64,000 nt of DNA, from IMG/VR virus record IMGVR_UViG_2579778842_000017, positions 1-64,000 of that record; one strand, 5' to 3'. The notes beneath the pieces were generated by a model. That model was not told the DNA's origin. It saw only the letters and a list, made by a program, of their open reading frames with translations, and searched no databases. Shown here one piece after another: positions 32,912 through 42,211 of this stretch. Position 1 is the stretch's first letter, and the number at the start of each line of letters is the position of its first letter. The position numbers and the translations under genes are program-made. The stretch comes from a virus. Taxonomy: Duplodnaviria > Heunggongvirae > Uroviricota > Caudoviricetes.

Positions 32912-33562
32912 ATGAAAACTCAATTGATGGGAGAGCGCATTCGCGCTCGGAGAAAAGAACTCAAGATCAGGCAGGCCGCACTTGGAAAGATGGTCGGCGT
33001 GTCTAATGTTGCCATATCTCAGTGGGAACGCTCTGAGACAGAGCCAAATGGAGAGAATCTTCTCGCCCTGGCTAATGCGTTGAAGTGTTCCCCTGACTAT
33101 CTGATGAAAGGAGAGGAAAGTCTTTCAAACATTGCCTATCACAGTAGGCATGATCCAAGAGGGTCATACCCTCTGATTAGCTGGGTGAGCGCAGGATGCT
33201 GGATGGAAGCTGTAGAACCATATCATAAGCGTGCAATAGATAACTGGTACGATACAACCGTAGACTGTTCAGAAGATTCGTTTTGGTTGGACGTGAAGGG
33301 AGACTCAATGACGGCTCCGGCCGGTCTCAGTATCCCTGAAGGAATGATAATACTCGTCGATCCTGAAGTAGAGCCGCGTAACGGGAAACTGGTAGTTGCA
33401 AAGCTCGAAGGAGAAAACGAGGCAACTTTCAAGAAGTTAGTTATTGATGCAGGCAGGAAGTTTCTAAAACCACTTAACCCACAATATCCGATGATCGAGA
33501 TCAACGGAAACTGCAAAATCATCGGCGTAGTTGTCGATGCAAAACTAGCAAACCTTCCATAA
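32912..33562 (+). CDS. c2: Prophage repressor C2 (P22 c2-type, LexA-like autocleavage domain)
   Basis: 216 aa MKTQLMGERIRARRKELKIRQAALGKMVGVSNVAISQWERSETEPNGENLLALANALKCSPDYL..., near-identical to P22 C2. Confidence 0.9.
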   Translation: MKTQLMGERIRARRKELKIRQAALGKMVGVSNVAISQWERSETEPNGENLLALANALKCSPDYLMKGEESLSNIAYHSRHDPRGSYPLISWVSAGCWMEAVEPYHKRAIDNWYDTTVDCSEDSFWLDVKGDSMTAPAGLSIPEGMIILVDPEVEPRNGKLVVAKLEGENEATFKKLVIDAGRKFLKPLNPQYPMIEINGNCKIIGVVVDAKLANLP

Positions 33563-33586
33563 GGGGGCATTCGCCCCTTTTTTTTA
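33563..33586 (+). terminator. Rho-independent terminator after c2
   Basis: GGGGCATTCGCCCC followed by T8. Confidence 0.65.
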
Positions 33587-33599
33587 TTTCCTTTAAAAA

Positions 33600-33700
33600 T
33601 CAAAGCCAAACTTAAGTTACGAAAGAAAATTTAAGTTTTCTTCAAAAATACTCTTGACCATTAATTAAAGAGATCTTAAATTTAAGCCATCAGCAGGACG
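33600..33700. promoter_or_regulatory. OL operators / PL promoter
   Basis: AAATTTAAGTTTTCTTCAAAAAT and TAATTAAAGAGATCTTAAATTTAAG operator-like palindromes, TTGACC -35-like. Confidence 0.6.
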
Positions 33701-33728
33701 CTGGTAGCCAAACGGAACAGATTGGCAG

Positions 33729-33768
33729 GCTCTTTAACATTGATGGGATTGTCCCGCCGAAATGCGGG
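33729..33768 (+). promoter_or_regulatory. nutL (boxA + boxB)
   Basis: GCTCTTTAACA then hairpin CCCGCCGAAATGCGGG upstream of the N-like gene. Confidence 0.6.
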
Positions 33769-33911
33769 AACCAAAGAGTAGTTGGCTTTGGGATTGGATG
33801 AATGCGCAGGCTGATGCGCGCAGGAGAGCTTCGGGAGAACAAGGTGCCTGTAAATAAGCCGGAGTTCAGCACCGGCCATCCAATCGCCAAAGTCAATCAT
33901 CGGAGGTCAAC

Positions 33912-34211
33912 ATGACAGTAGTCATTACATATCTGGCTGACGATAACGCCAGAAATCGCCGCAGAGCACGCAGACAGGCTCAACGTGAACAGGCAATGCA
34001 AGAGCAGCGATTGGCACGAAAAATTGCGCTAAAGCTCTCTGGTTGCGTCAGGGCAGATAAAGCAGCATCACTCGGAAGCCTTCGCTGCAAGAAGGTAGAA
34101 GAAGTCGAGAGTAAACAGAATCGTATTTACTACCGCAAGCCACGCAGTGAAATGGGTGTGACTTGTGTTGGTCGCCAGAAAATGAAATTAGGCAGCAAAC
34201 CACTTATTTGA
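33912..34211 (+). CDS. N-like antiterminator (P22 gene 24-type)
   Basis: 99 aa with N-terminal arginine-rich motif DDNARNRRRARRQAQREQ; first gene after PL/nutL. Confidence 0.7.
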   Translation: MTVVITYLADDNARNRRRARRQAQREQAMQEQRLARKIALKLSGCVRADKAASLGSLRCKKVEEVESKQNRIYYRKPRSEMGVTCVGRQKMKLGSKPLI

Positions 34212-34289
34212 GGTGAGATATGGAAGAAGAATTTGAAGAGTTCGAAGAGCATCCTCAGGATGTGATGGAACAATACCAGGACTATCCGT

Positions 34290-34490
34290 ATGACTACGAC
34301 TATTGATACAAATCAATGGTGTGGACAATTCAAGCGATGCAATGGGTGCAAGCTGCAATCGGAATGCATGGTTAAGCCTGAAGAAATGTTTCCTGTAATG
34401 GAAGATGGGAAATATGTCGATAAATGGGCAATACGAACGACGGCAATGATTGCCAGAGAACTTGGTAAACAGAACAACAAGGCTGCCTGA
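34290..34490 (+). CDS. Small Cys-rich hypothetical protein
   Basis: 66-aa ORF in early-left operon. Confidence 0.4.
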   Translation: MTTTIDTNQWCGQFKRCNGCKLQSECMVKPEEMFPVMEDGKYVDKWAIRTTAMIARELGKQNNKAA

Positions 34491-34529
34491 TGGTGGCCTT
34501 TATTTTTGACATAAACAACAGAGGTGAAC

Positions 34530-34820
34530 ATGGAATTTAAAGGTACTGAAGGTAAGTGGGAAATAATGATGGATGGCGATGAGATTAAAATCATCCAGGC
34601 AGACTCACTTGAAAATGGCGCAGGCTGGCGTTCGTATATTGCAATCTGTGAGGAAGTTCAATGCATTGAAGATGCCAATCTAATAGTGGCAGCACCTGAC
34701 CTTTTAAATGCCCTGAAAGCGATGCTAAACAAGGCATACAAGCAAAACTGGAATGACCATTATCCTGATGAAGTATCGAAAGCACAGTCAGCAATTAGCA
34801 AAGCTCTTGGAGATGAGTAA
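34530..34820 (+). CDS. Ead/Ea22-like protein
   Basis: GKWEIMMDG...ANLIVAAPDLLNALKAML motif typical of the Ead/Ea22 family. Confidence 0.55.
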   Translation: MEFKGTEGKWEIMMDGDEIKIIQADSLENGAGWRSYIAICEEVQCIEDANLIVAAPDLLNALKAMLNKAYKQNWNDHYPDEVSKAQSAISKALGDE

Positions 34821-35008
34821 TGAAAGTAAAAATAACTGCTTCTAATACCAGTTTTGTTAGTGTTGGTGATATTACAAAAATAATAACAAACCATGATGGA
34901 ACACAAGTTATGTGGTCTGATTTCTGTAAAAGATATGAGCGAGTTAGTTGGTGTAAACTCGTATGGGGCGTCGAATACGAAGAATTACCTGAAATGCATG
35001 ACGAATAA
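34820..35008 (+). CDS. Small hypothetical protein
   Basis: 62-aa ORF, start overlaps upstream stop (TAATG). Confidence 0.4.
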   Translation: MKVKITASNTSFVSVGDITKIITNHDGTQVMWSDFCKRYERVSWCKLVWGVEYEELPEMHDE

Positions 35009-35142
35009 GCACTGTGTATTCATTCCAACGAGTGAATACACGGAGCAATGTCGCTCGTAACTAAACAGGAGCCGACTTGTTCTGATTATTGGAAATCTTC
35101 TTTGCCCTCCAGTGTGAGGGCAGTTTTTTTGACGGAGGATAT

Positions 35143-36111
35143 ATGAGTGAAGTAACAGATTTAGTTGTTATTGAAAAAGCAAATGCAATGACTGTATTTC
35201 AGTCTGCCGACCAGATTGAAGAAATCCTTCAAAAGGTTGAACGTGAAGTTATGTCCTTTGTGCCTGATATCACAACGGCAAAGGGCAGAAAGGAGATCGC
35301 TTCTCTGGCGTATAAAGTTGCGCAGACGAAAACATATCTCGATGGTCTTGGCAAAGACCTTGTTGCTGAACTGAAGGAAATTCCAAAGCTAATTGATGCC
35401 AACCGCAAGACAGTGCGTGATCGCCTTGATGAACTGAAAGCCAAGGCGCGCCAGCCTCTTACTGATTATGAGGAAGAACAGGCGCGGATTAAAGCCGAAG
35501 AAGAAGCTAAGGCAGCAGCTGAAGCTCTCGCAAAGCAAATTGAGTCTGACCATGAAATAGCGATTTTGATGGATCGCGAATTTGACCGCCAAAGAGAAGA
35601 GGCAAGACTCAAAGCGGAGCAGGAAAAGCGAGAGCATGAAGAACGCTTAAAAAGAGAAGCTGAAGAGAGAGCCAGAGCAGAAGCCGAAGCAAAGGCAAAA
35701 GCCGAAATTGAAGCAGCAGCAAGGCGAGAAGCAGAAGCAAAGGCCGCAGCGGAACGTGCAGAGCGTGAACGCATTGAAGCCGAGCAACGAGCACAGCGCG
35801 AAGCAAAAGAGGCAGCAGAACGAGCTGAAAGAGAAAAGCAGGCGGCAATTGAAGCAGAACGCCGAAAAGCACAGGAAGAGGCTGAACGAATCCGGCGCGA
35901 GGCTGAAGCAAAAGAGCAAGCCAGAATAGCAGAAGAAAAAAGAATCAAGGACGAAGAAGAGCGTAGAGCAAAGGATAAAGCTCACCGGAAAGAAGTAAAT
36001 AACAAAATACTTGCTGACCTTATCAAGGTTGGCGCATCAGAAGATGTTGCTAAAAATATCATAACAGCCATCGTAAAAGGCGAAGTATTCGCAACAAAAA
36101 TAACCTACTAA
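35143..36111 (+). CDS. Coiled-coil protein with long Ala/Glu/Arg/Lys-rich repeats
   Basis: globular N- and C-terminal parts around about 150 aa of EAEAKAKAE/RREAEAK low-complexity helix; GGAGG RBS. Confidence 0.6.
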   Translation: MSEVTDLVVIEKANAMTVFQSADQIEEILQKVEREVMSFVPDITTAKGRKEIASLAYKVAQTKTYLDGLGKDLVAELKEIPKLIDANRKTVRDRLDELKAKARQPLTDYEEEQARIKAEEEAKAAAEALAKQIESDHEIAILMDREFDRQREEARLKAEQEKREHEERLKREAEERARAEAEAKAKAEIEAAARREAEAKAAAERAERERIEAEQRAQREAKEAAERAEREKQAAIEAERRKAQEEAERIRREAEAKEQARIAEEKRIKDEEERRAKDKAHRKEVNNKILADLIKVGASEDVAKNIITAIVKGEVFATKITY

Positions 36112-36581
36112 TAAAACCAACATAAGGAACCACCCATGATTTACGCAATCGCGGGAGGCGCTCGCATGGGTGCCTTCCAATTAAATGAATCTTTACTTGA
36201 ACGAATCACCCGTAAATTACGTGACGGATGGAAACGACTCATCGACGTACTTAATCAGCCAGGAGTTCCAAAAAATGGATAAAACACTTATGGCTATTCA
36301 GACTAAATTCACTATCGCCACTTTTATTGGCGATGAAAAGATGTTTCGTGAGGCCGTCGAAGCCTACAGAAAATGGAGGTCTAAATGATTCCGGTAGAGC
36401 TGGCGAAAACTCCAGAGTTAAGTCGATTAAAAAGAGAATATCACATTGCTGAGGCTCGTTACTGGCGTAAAGCGGGAGATAAATCAAAGAAACAACTTTG
36501 TTTATGGCAAGCACAAAGAGAGCGCATGAATGAGCGCGAATTTCTTTCCTCCCCATCCGAATTACCATTCTGAGGTGAATT

Positions 36582-37289
36582 ATGGATTTGAACAAATTCG
36601 ATGAGCCATTCAGCCCTGAAGATATCGAATGGCGAATACAGCAAAGCGGTAAAACACGCGATGGCAAGGTGTGGGCTATGGTGCTGGCTTATGTCACGAA
36701 CCGGGCAATCATGAAACGCCTGGACGATGTTTGCGGCAAAGCAGGATGGCGCAATGAATACCGCGATATTCCCAACAACGGCGGCGTTGAATGCGGCATA
36801 TCAATCAGGATTGATTCCGAATGGGTAACCAAATGGGATGCTGCTGAAAACACGCAGGTAGAAGCCGTCAAAGGTGGTCGTTCAGGTGCAATGAAGCGTG
36901 CTGCCGTTCAGTGGGGAATCGGTCGGTATCTGTATAACCTTGAGGAAGGTTTCGCACAAACATCTCTTGATAAAAAGCATGGGTGGCACAGGGCAAAACT
37001 GAAGGATGGAACAGGATTTTACTGGCTCCCTCCATCGCTGCCGGTATGGGCAATCCCAGCATCAGATAACAAACCATCACCAGAAAATACCAACCAGAAA
37101 TCTCCATCGGTTGACTGCGAACAAATCCTGAAAGACTTCAGCGATTATGCGTCAACAGAAACTGACAAGAAAAAACTCATCGAGCGTTATCAGCGTGACT
37201 GGCAATTAATGGCTGGCAACGAGGAGGCGCAGGCTAAATGCGTTCAGGTAATGAACATCAGAGTTAACGAACTAAAACAGGCGGCATAA
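36582..37289 (+). CDS. Rad52-like single-strand annealing protein (Sak/Erf-type recombinase)
   Basis: 235 aa with GISIRIDSEW ... AVQWGIGRYLY motif; directly upstream of ssb. Confidence 0.7.
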   Translation: MDLNKFDEPFSPEDIEWRIQQSGKTRDGKVWAMVLAYVTNRAIMKRLDDVCGKAGWRNEYRDIPNNGGVECGISIRIDSEWVTKWDAAENTQVEAVKGGRSGAMKRAAVQWGIGRYLYNLEEGFAQTSLDKKHGWHRAKLKDGTGFYWLPPSLPVWAIPASDNKPSPENTNQKSPSVDCEQILKDFSDYASTETDKKKLIERYQRDWQLMAGNEEAQAKCVQVMNIRVNELKQAA

Positions 37290-37763
37290 ATGGCAAGCAG
37301 AGGCGTAAATAAGGTGATCATTATTGGTCGCCTTGGGCATGATCCAGAAATCAGATATTCACCATCAGGAACGGCATTTGCAAACCTTACAGTTGCTACG
37401 TCAGAACAATGGCGTGATAAGCAAACTGGAGAGCAAAAGGAGCAGACGGAGTGGCACCGCGTGGTAATGAGCGGAAAACTGGCAGAAATTGCCGGCGAAT
37501 ATCTGCGAAAAGGCTCTGAGGTTTATCTTGAAGGAAAATTGCGGACAAGAAAATGGCAGGATCAAAGCGGACAGGAGCGGTTCACTACCGAAGTCATCGT
37601 GGGCGTTGGTGGAACCATGCAAATGCTTGGTGGCAAGCAAGGAGGCAATGAACAGTCTTCACCTCAGCGAAATAACGGTCAGCAACAAAGGCAGCAACCT
37701 CAGCAGCAGGGAAATCACAGCGAACCACCTATGAACTTCGACGATTCGGATATTCCGTTCTAG
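37290..37763 (+). CDS. ssb: Single-stranded DNA-binding protein
   Basis: OB-fold N-terminus [23 protein letters not shown], Gly/Gln-rich linker, acidic tail DDSDIPF. Confidence 0.9.
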   Translation: MASRGVNKVIIIGRLGHDPEIRYSPSGTAFANLTVATSEQWRDKQTGEQKEQTEWHRVVMSGKLAEIAGEYLRKGSEVYLEGKLRTRKWQDQSGQERFTTEVIVGVGGTMQMLGGKQGGNEQSSPQRNNGQQQRQQPQQQGNHSEPPMNFDDSDIPF

Positions 37764-37772
37764 GAGCTGAAT

Positions 37773-38252
37773 ATGAAAATCTGCTCAAGATGCCATCAAC
37801 AGAAGGAAGAAAGGGACTTTCAAATCAGAAGAGCATCCAGAGATGGATTAACTGCCGCTTGCCGGGCTTGCCTGGCTGAATACGACAAAGAGCGCGCGGG
37901 ATTGCCACATCGAGTATCAGCAAGGAGAGAATATCAATCATCGGAACGCGGCAGAGAACGGTGTAACGCAGCCAAAAAGCGGTTCATTCAGAGCAACCCA
38001 TGGAAAAGAAAAGCCCACATCATTGTGGGTAATTTTTTGCGCGACGGTAAGCTAATCCGACCACCACAATGTGAGTGCTGCGGATCAGAATGTAAACCAC
38101 AGGCGCACCACTGCGATTACAGTAAACCTCTTGAAGTGATGTGGCTATGCAAAGCATGTCATGTTGAATGGCACAAGCACAACAAGCCAATATATCCAGA
38201 CGAGGAACCAGTAACTCTCCCCTTCCCTCGTCACGCTATTCACGCAATTTAA
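37773..38252 (+). CDS. HNH endonuclease with N-terminal zinc ribbon
   Basis: CxxC ... AHHCDYSKPLEVMWLCKACHVEWH. Confidence 0.65.
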   Translation: MKICSRCHQQKEERDFQIRRASRDGLTAACRACLAEYDKERAGLPHRVSARREYQSSERGRERCNAAKKRFIQSNPWKRKAHIIVGNFLRDGKLIRPPQCECCGSECKPQAHHCDYSKPLEVMWLCKACHVEWHKHNKPIYPDEEPVTLPFPRHAIHAI

Positions 38253-38260
38253 GGACTTAC

Positions 38261-38809
38261 ATGAATCACTTGATGGTTGACCTTGAAACAATGGGCAACG
38301 GGCCATACGCGCCAGTTATTTCTATTGGGGCGGTGTTCTTTGACCCGAATACCGGAGAAACAGGAGAAGAGTTCTCGGTAAATATCTCGCTTGAGTCATC
38401 AATGCGATATCGGGCGCGTCCTGACGCTTCAACGATTTTATGGTGGATGGAACAGAGTGAAGAAGCCAGAAAATCGCTAACCAGCAACACTCAGGAGCTT
38501 TCAACGGCTCTTTCATGGTTATCTGAATTCATCATAAAGAACGCTAACCACAAATTCGTTCAGGTTTGGGGGAATGGAGCATCATTTGACTGCGTTATTC
38601 TCCGCAACAGTTATTCGCTGACAGGGCAGCCAGTTCCGTGGCAGTGGTGGAATGACCGCGACGTAAGAACAATCGTCGAGCTTGGAAAGGTAATAGGATT
38701 TGACCCTAAGCGAGATATGCCATTCAAAGGAACTCGCCACAACGCGCTTGATGATGCCATCCACCAAGCCAAATACGTTTCAGCAATCTGGAAAAAATTA
38801 GCTAAATAA
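38261..38809 (+). CDS. 3'-5' exonuclease (DnaQ-like DEDDh)
   Basis: MNHLMVDLETMG, later HNALDDA motif. Confidence 0.75.
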   Translation: MNHLMVDLETMGNGPYAPVISIGAVFFDPNTGETGEEFSVNISLESSMRYRARPDASTILWWMEQSEEARKSLTSNTQELSTALSWLSEFIIKNANHKFVQVWGNGASFDCVILRNSYSLTGQPVPWQWWNDRDVRTIVELGKVIGFDPKRDMPFKGTRHNALDDAIHQAKYVSAIWKKLAK

Positions 38810-38825
38810 TCAACAGGAGAAAAAC

Positions 38826-39122
38826 ATGCCAGCGCCTCTGTATGGTGCGGATGACCCGCGCCGCTGTTCCGGCAATTCCATATCGGAGGTGCTGGATAAA
38901 TTCAGAAAAAACTACGATCGGATAATGTCGCTACCGCAGGAAACGAAAGAGGAAAAGGAATTTCGCCACTGTATATGGCTTGCAGAGAAAGAAGAACACG
39001 AGCGAATTTACCAGACATCAATCCGACCATTCCGCAAAGCCACATATACCCACTTCCCTGAATATATCGACCCGCGCCTGCGTAATTACCGCTCACGCTA
39101 TGGCGCTATCAGTAATGACTGA
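38826..39122 (+). CDS. Hypothetical protein
   Basis: 98-aa ORF with RBS, early-left operon. Confidence 0.5.
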   Translation: MPAPLYGADDPRRCSGNSISEVLDKFRKNYDRIMSLPQETKEEKEFRHCIWLAEKEEHERIYQTSIRPFRKATYTHFPEYIDPRLRNYRSRYGAISND

Positions 39123-39132
39123 GGAATTTACC

Positions 39133-39300
39133 ATGAGAGGACTTGCATACAATCCCGGCATTCTTCCGGCAGAAATGATTATTCGCCAACGCGTAAAGCC
39201 AATGCCATCGAGAGAGGAATTGCTTAAGAGAAAGAGTTTCGGTTCTGTTAATGACAACAAATATCTGAATGCGATGTGGCGCAAAGGAGGCAACCAGTGA
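39133..39300 (+). CDS. Small hypothetical protein
   Basis: 55-aa [22 protein letters not shown] with GAGG RBS. Confidence 0.35.
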   Translation: MRGLAYNPGILPAEMIIRQRVKPMPSREELLKRKSFGSVNDNKYLNAMWRKGGNQ

Positions 39301-39551
39301 GTAATTCAGCACGACTACAGCTTGGTTTTTCACCGCTATCAAAAACTATCATGCTGGCAAAAATGCGCGATGTTGAAGGTGGACGTATGCGCGTTGGCAA
39401 TGATCCAGGTCGTGATGTTACCAATGAGGCTGCTCAATTGGTGTGGCGACTGGTCATGGCTGAAGGTGGTGAGATCGCGTGGGAGCTGGATGATGGTTCT
39501 CGCATGGTGTTGAAGGCAGAAAAGCAGGAGGCAACCAGTGAGCCAGATTGA
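39276..39551 (+). CDS. Hypothetical protein (start uncertain)
   Basis: 91-aa ORF, stop overlaps next gene. Confidence 0.35.
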   Translation: MAQRRQPVSNSARLQLGFSPLSKTIMLAKMRDVEGGRMRVGNDPGRDVTNEAAQLVWRLVMAEGGEIAWELDDGSRMVLKAEKQEATSEPD

Positions 39552-40353
39552 TTATCAGGCACTGCGTGCTAAGGCAGAAAAAGCAACGTGTGGCGAGTGG
39601 TCGCTCGAATATGGAGAGGGCCGATTTGATGGTGATGATGCGCTAATTCATCGCGAGGCTGCTGGATATATTCCCATTTGCAGAATTGAAGGAGCGCATC
39701 CAGAAAGCGGTTTCGATGAAGATTTCCAAATGGAACAGCAGGCCAATGCTGAATTCATCGCCGCAGCCAATCCGGCTACCGTCTTGGCGCTGCTGGATGA
39801 GCTGGAAAGAAAACAGCAATACATCAAACGCCGTGACCAGGAGAACGAGGATATTGCTCTTACGGTTGGGAAGCTGAGAGTTGAGCTTGAGGAAGTAAAA
39901 CAACACGCTGAAGAATTATCCGAAACCAAGGCTGTTCGTAACCAATGGCGACCAGATATTTGCCCAATAACCGGACGTGCATTTTTCATGTGGATTGAGC
40001 ATCCAACATTGGGGAATGTGCCGACATATGGTGGCCCATTAGATAGTTACACCATTCCAACAAAGGACGGTGACGGTGAGTTTTCATGTGAGCGTTACGA
40101 TCATGATTTTGGCGGTTGGGTAGAAAGCGAATGTCTTGGGTTATATCTGATTGATGATAGAGAACAATGCAGGGTCTACGAACTGGAGGAACACGTTAAG
40201 GAACTGGATGCTCGGGAAATATCGCTCCCGGAACGTAGCAGCATGCTTCATCGAACAGATTTTCACGATGATTACCAAACGGTAATGGCATACAAAGTTT
40301 CTGAAGTCATCGCTGCAATCCGCGCCGCAGGCATTCGCATCAAAGGAGAGTGA
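39538..40353 (+). CDS. Ead/Ea22-like protein
   Basis: 271 aa; ALRAKAEKATCGEWSLEYG ... ANAEFIAAANPATVLALLDELE. Confidence 0.65.
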   Translation: MSQIDYQALRAKAEKATCGEWSLEYGEGRFDGDDALIHREAAGYIPICRIEGAHPESGFDEDFQMEQQANAEFIAAANPATVLALLDELERKQQYIKRRDQENEDIALTVGKLRVELEEVKQHAEELSETKAVRNQWRPDICPITGRAFFMWIEHPTLGNVPTYGGPLDSYTIPTKDGDGEFSCERYDHDFGGWVESECLGLYLIDDREQCRVYELEEHVKELDAREISLPERSSMLHRTDFHDDYQTVMAYKVSEVIAAIRAAGIRIKGE

Positions 40354-40357
40354 TGAT

Positions 40358-40873
40358 ATGGCGTTAACACACCGCGAACTCTGTCAGATTGCGTACAAGT
40401 TCCTTAAGCGCAACGGGTTCAAGGTTTGCTTTCATGACCGCTTTGTTGCTGTAACCAGTACCGGAGAACAGCCAGATGCTATGGGATTCAGAAATTCAGC
40501 ATCATGCCTGATAGAGGCGAAGTGTTCTCGTGCTGACTTGTTGGCAGATAGAAAAAAGCGTTTCCGTAAAAATCCCTCACTTGGCATGGGCGACTGGCGA
40601 TTCTTTATTAGTGAGCCGGGAATTATTTCAGTTGAGGATTTACCTCCCGGCTGGGGATTACTTCACGTTATTAACGGAAGAGTACGGAAAGTACATGGGT
40701 GGCCCAATGGTAATTGCTGTTGGGGTAATCCTGACGATAAGCCATTTACTGGAAATAAGCAGGTTGAATGCGATTACATGTTATCTGCATTAAGGCGCAT
40801 GGAGTTGAGAGGGCACCTTAATGAAATATATGACGGTGTAATTGTTAATAAGAAAGAAGGAAACGCGGCATGA
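40358..40873 (+). CDS. PD-(D/E)xK nuclease-fold protein (MmcB-like)
   Basis: GEQPDAMGFRNSASCLIEAKCSRADL contains PD ... EAK arrangement. Confidence 0.55.
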   Translation: MALTHRELCQIAYKFLKRNGFKVCFHDRFVAVTSTGEQPDAMGFRNSASCLIEAKCSRADLLADRKKRFRKNPSLGMGDWRFFISEPGIISVEDLPPGWGLLHVINGRVRKVHGWPNGNCCWGNPDDKPFTGNKQVECDYMLSALRRMELRGHLNEIYDGVIVNKKEGNAA

Positions 40874-41412
40874 CCACTATTACCAATAAGAAACAGTATC
40901 CCAGCGAGCAATATCTTAATGAGCTGATCACCAACATAGAGTTTGCTGCAAGGGCACCAGTTGAAGTCGTGAGAGCGATGGCAGCAGAGCTACAGAAGCG
41001 GCGCGAAGCTGATAGTGCAGAACCTGCAAGTAATCATGAAGAGTTGCCGCTTGATTATCTCCAAGGTCAAAAAGATGGTCTTGAATGGGCTGCGCAGCTT
41101 GCAGAAGCAAATCACCCACAAACTGGCGACTGGCTTTACGATGACCCGCTGGAGCTGGCTAAAGCTATCAGAAAAGGTCCTGACATGCCCGAGTTCGCTG
41201 GACCCCATCCGGTAACTCCGGATGGTTGGATAAGCTGTAGTGAGCGAATGCCCCCTCAAGATGATTGGATTTTAATTTATTCAAAGCACGGCGAGTATAT
41301 GGCAGGACAGGTACAAGGGGAATACGTGGAGTTGAGCGACGGCACTTTATCGTGGTTAGGGAACGCCTTGTACTGGATGCCGCTGCCAGAACCGCCGCAG
41401 GAGGCGAAATGA
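40870..41412 (+). CDS. DUF551-domain protein
   Basis: C-terminal WISCSERMPPQDDWILIYSKHGEYMAGQ ... YWMPLPEPP. Confidence 0.6.
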   Translation: MTTITNKKQYPSEQYLNELITNIEFAARAPVEVVRAMAAELQKRREADSAEPASNHEELPLDYLQGQKDGLEWAAQLAEANHPQTGDWLYDDPLELAKAIRKGPDMPEFAGPHPVTPDGWISCSERMPPQDDWILIYSKHGEYMAGQVQGEYVELSDGTLSWLGNALYWMPLPEPPQEAK

Positions 41413-41762
41413 TGGACTATTCACAGTTAAGTGATTTTGAAATTAACAGAATGGTAGGAGACATAATTTTTAAAGGCCTTTGGGCATGTAAACCGGAAAC
41501 ATCAGGGAATAACACCAACAAATGGTATTACGGAAATGCTGATACAACTTTTGAGCCATTAAACCCTTTACCTGACTACTGCAATAATCCATCGGATGCA
41601 TGGCCTATTATTGTTGATAATAAAATCAGTCTAACCTGCCACCAATCTCGCGGTGAGTGGTCAGCTGTTTTTAATGCCGAGAACATTTGCTTTCATGCGA
41701 ATAATCCACTCCGAGCCGCCATGATTGTATTTCTCATGATGCAGGAAAATCAGAATGGCTAA
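41409..41762 (+). CDS. NinX/DUF2591-like protein, paralog of 27088-27456
   Basis: [13 protein letters not shown] ... [19 protein letters not shown]; same termini as the nin-region copy. Confidence 0.6.
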   Translation: MMDYSQLSDFEINRMVGDIIFKGLWACKPETSGNNTNKWYYGNADTTFEPLNPLPDYCNNPSDAWPIIVDNKISLTCHQSRGEWSAVFNAENICFHANNPLRAAMIVFLMMQENQNG

Positions 41763-42093
41763 ATCAGCAGCAGAGCGCAAAGCCGCTCAGAGAGCCAGAC
41801 AAGCTGCATCTGGTGTGCGTAAGCTGGAGATTGTGCTTGATGCTCAGGAAATTGAAATGCTGGAGCGTAACTGTGCCACGCGTCGCCCCGGGCGTGCGCC
41901 TTACGAATTTGGTGAGTATATAGCGTTACTGATCCGCCAGGATGATGCACGCGTGCACGGGCGTATAAAATCGATCAGCAGAAAACGTTGCGGTAAGTGC
42001 GGCGAGAGAGTTCCTGTGAATTCATGCCCGTGTAATGGTGACTCGCAATGCTGGGTGACTAAAGGCTGGCATGAAACGAAATTAATAGTGTGA
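41755..42093 (+). CDS. Small basic protein with C-terminal Cys cluster (zinc-finger-like), last gene before the second terminase
   Basis: 112 aa; basic helical N-terminus, CGKCGERVPVNSCPCNGDSQC; stop codon lies inside the GTGACATGTCAC palindrome. Confidence 0.5.
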   Translation: MAKSAAERKAAQRARQAASGVRKLEIVLDAQEIEMLERNCATRRPGRAPYEFGEYIALLIRQDDARVHGRIKSISRKRCGKCGERVPVNSCPCNGDSQCWVTKGWHETKLIV

Positions 42094-42101
42094 CATGTCA
42101 C
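42090..42101. repeat. Palindrome GTGACATGTCAC (copy 1 of 3)
   Basis: perfect 12-bp palindrome at the junction between early-left operon and second virion module. Confidence 0.6.
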
Positions 42102-42142
42102 GAGTAGATTATGCATGATGAATTTGATGGGTTTTGAATACT

Positions 42143-42168
42143 GCCGCCAACTATGGCGGCTTTATTTT
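42143..42168 (+). terminator. Rho-independent terminator
   Basis: GCCGCCAACTATGGCGGC then TTTATTTT. Confidence 0.65.
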
Positions 42169-42211
42169 GCATGGTACTATTACCACAACGGTAACTATTA
42201 CCACGGTGGTT

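Larger units (their letters stand above)
1084..42101. mobile_element. P22-like prophage integrated at tRNA-Arg(CCU); right boundary approximate
   Basis: integrase at the tRNA, full P22-type virion, lysis, nin, replication and immunity modules; right att repeat not located. Confidence 0.7.

Noticed and set aside
32596-33768. Inverted 20-bp repeats around the immunity region as ends of a MITE or IS element
   Set aside because: They coincide with the expected nutR/nutL positions and each has an adjacent boxA; no target-site duplication or transposase.
35389-35985. Several 80-160-aa ORFs on the minus strand and alternate frames inside the coiled-coil gene
   Set aside because: Artefacts of the Ala/Glu/Arg/Lys-rich DNA repeats; Leu/Ser/Cys-rich nonsense proteins, no RBS, fully nested in a well-supported gene.
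41755-42093. This ORF as the prophage excisionase marking attR
   Set aside because: No resemblance to Xis/TorI-type winged-helix excisionases that I can see, and no repeat of the tRNA 3' end nearby; kept as hypothetical Cys-cluster protein.
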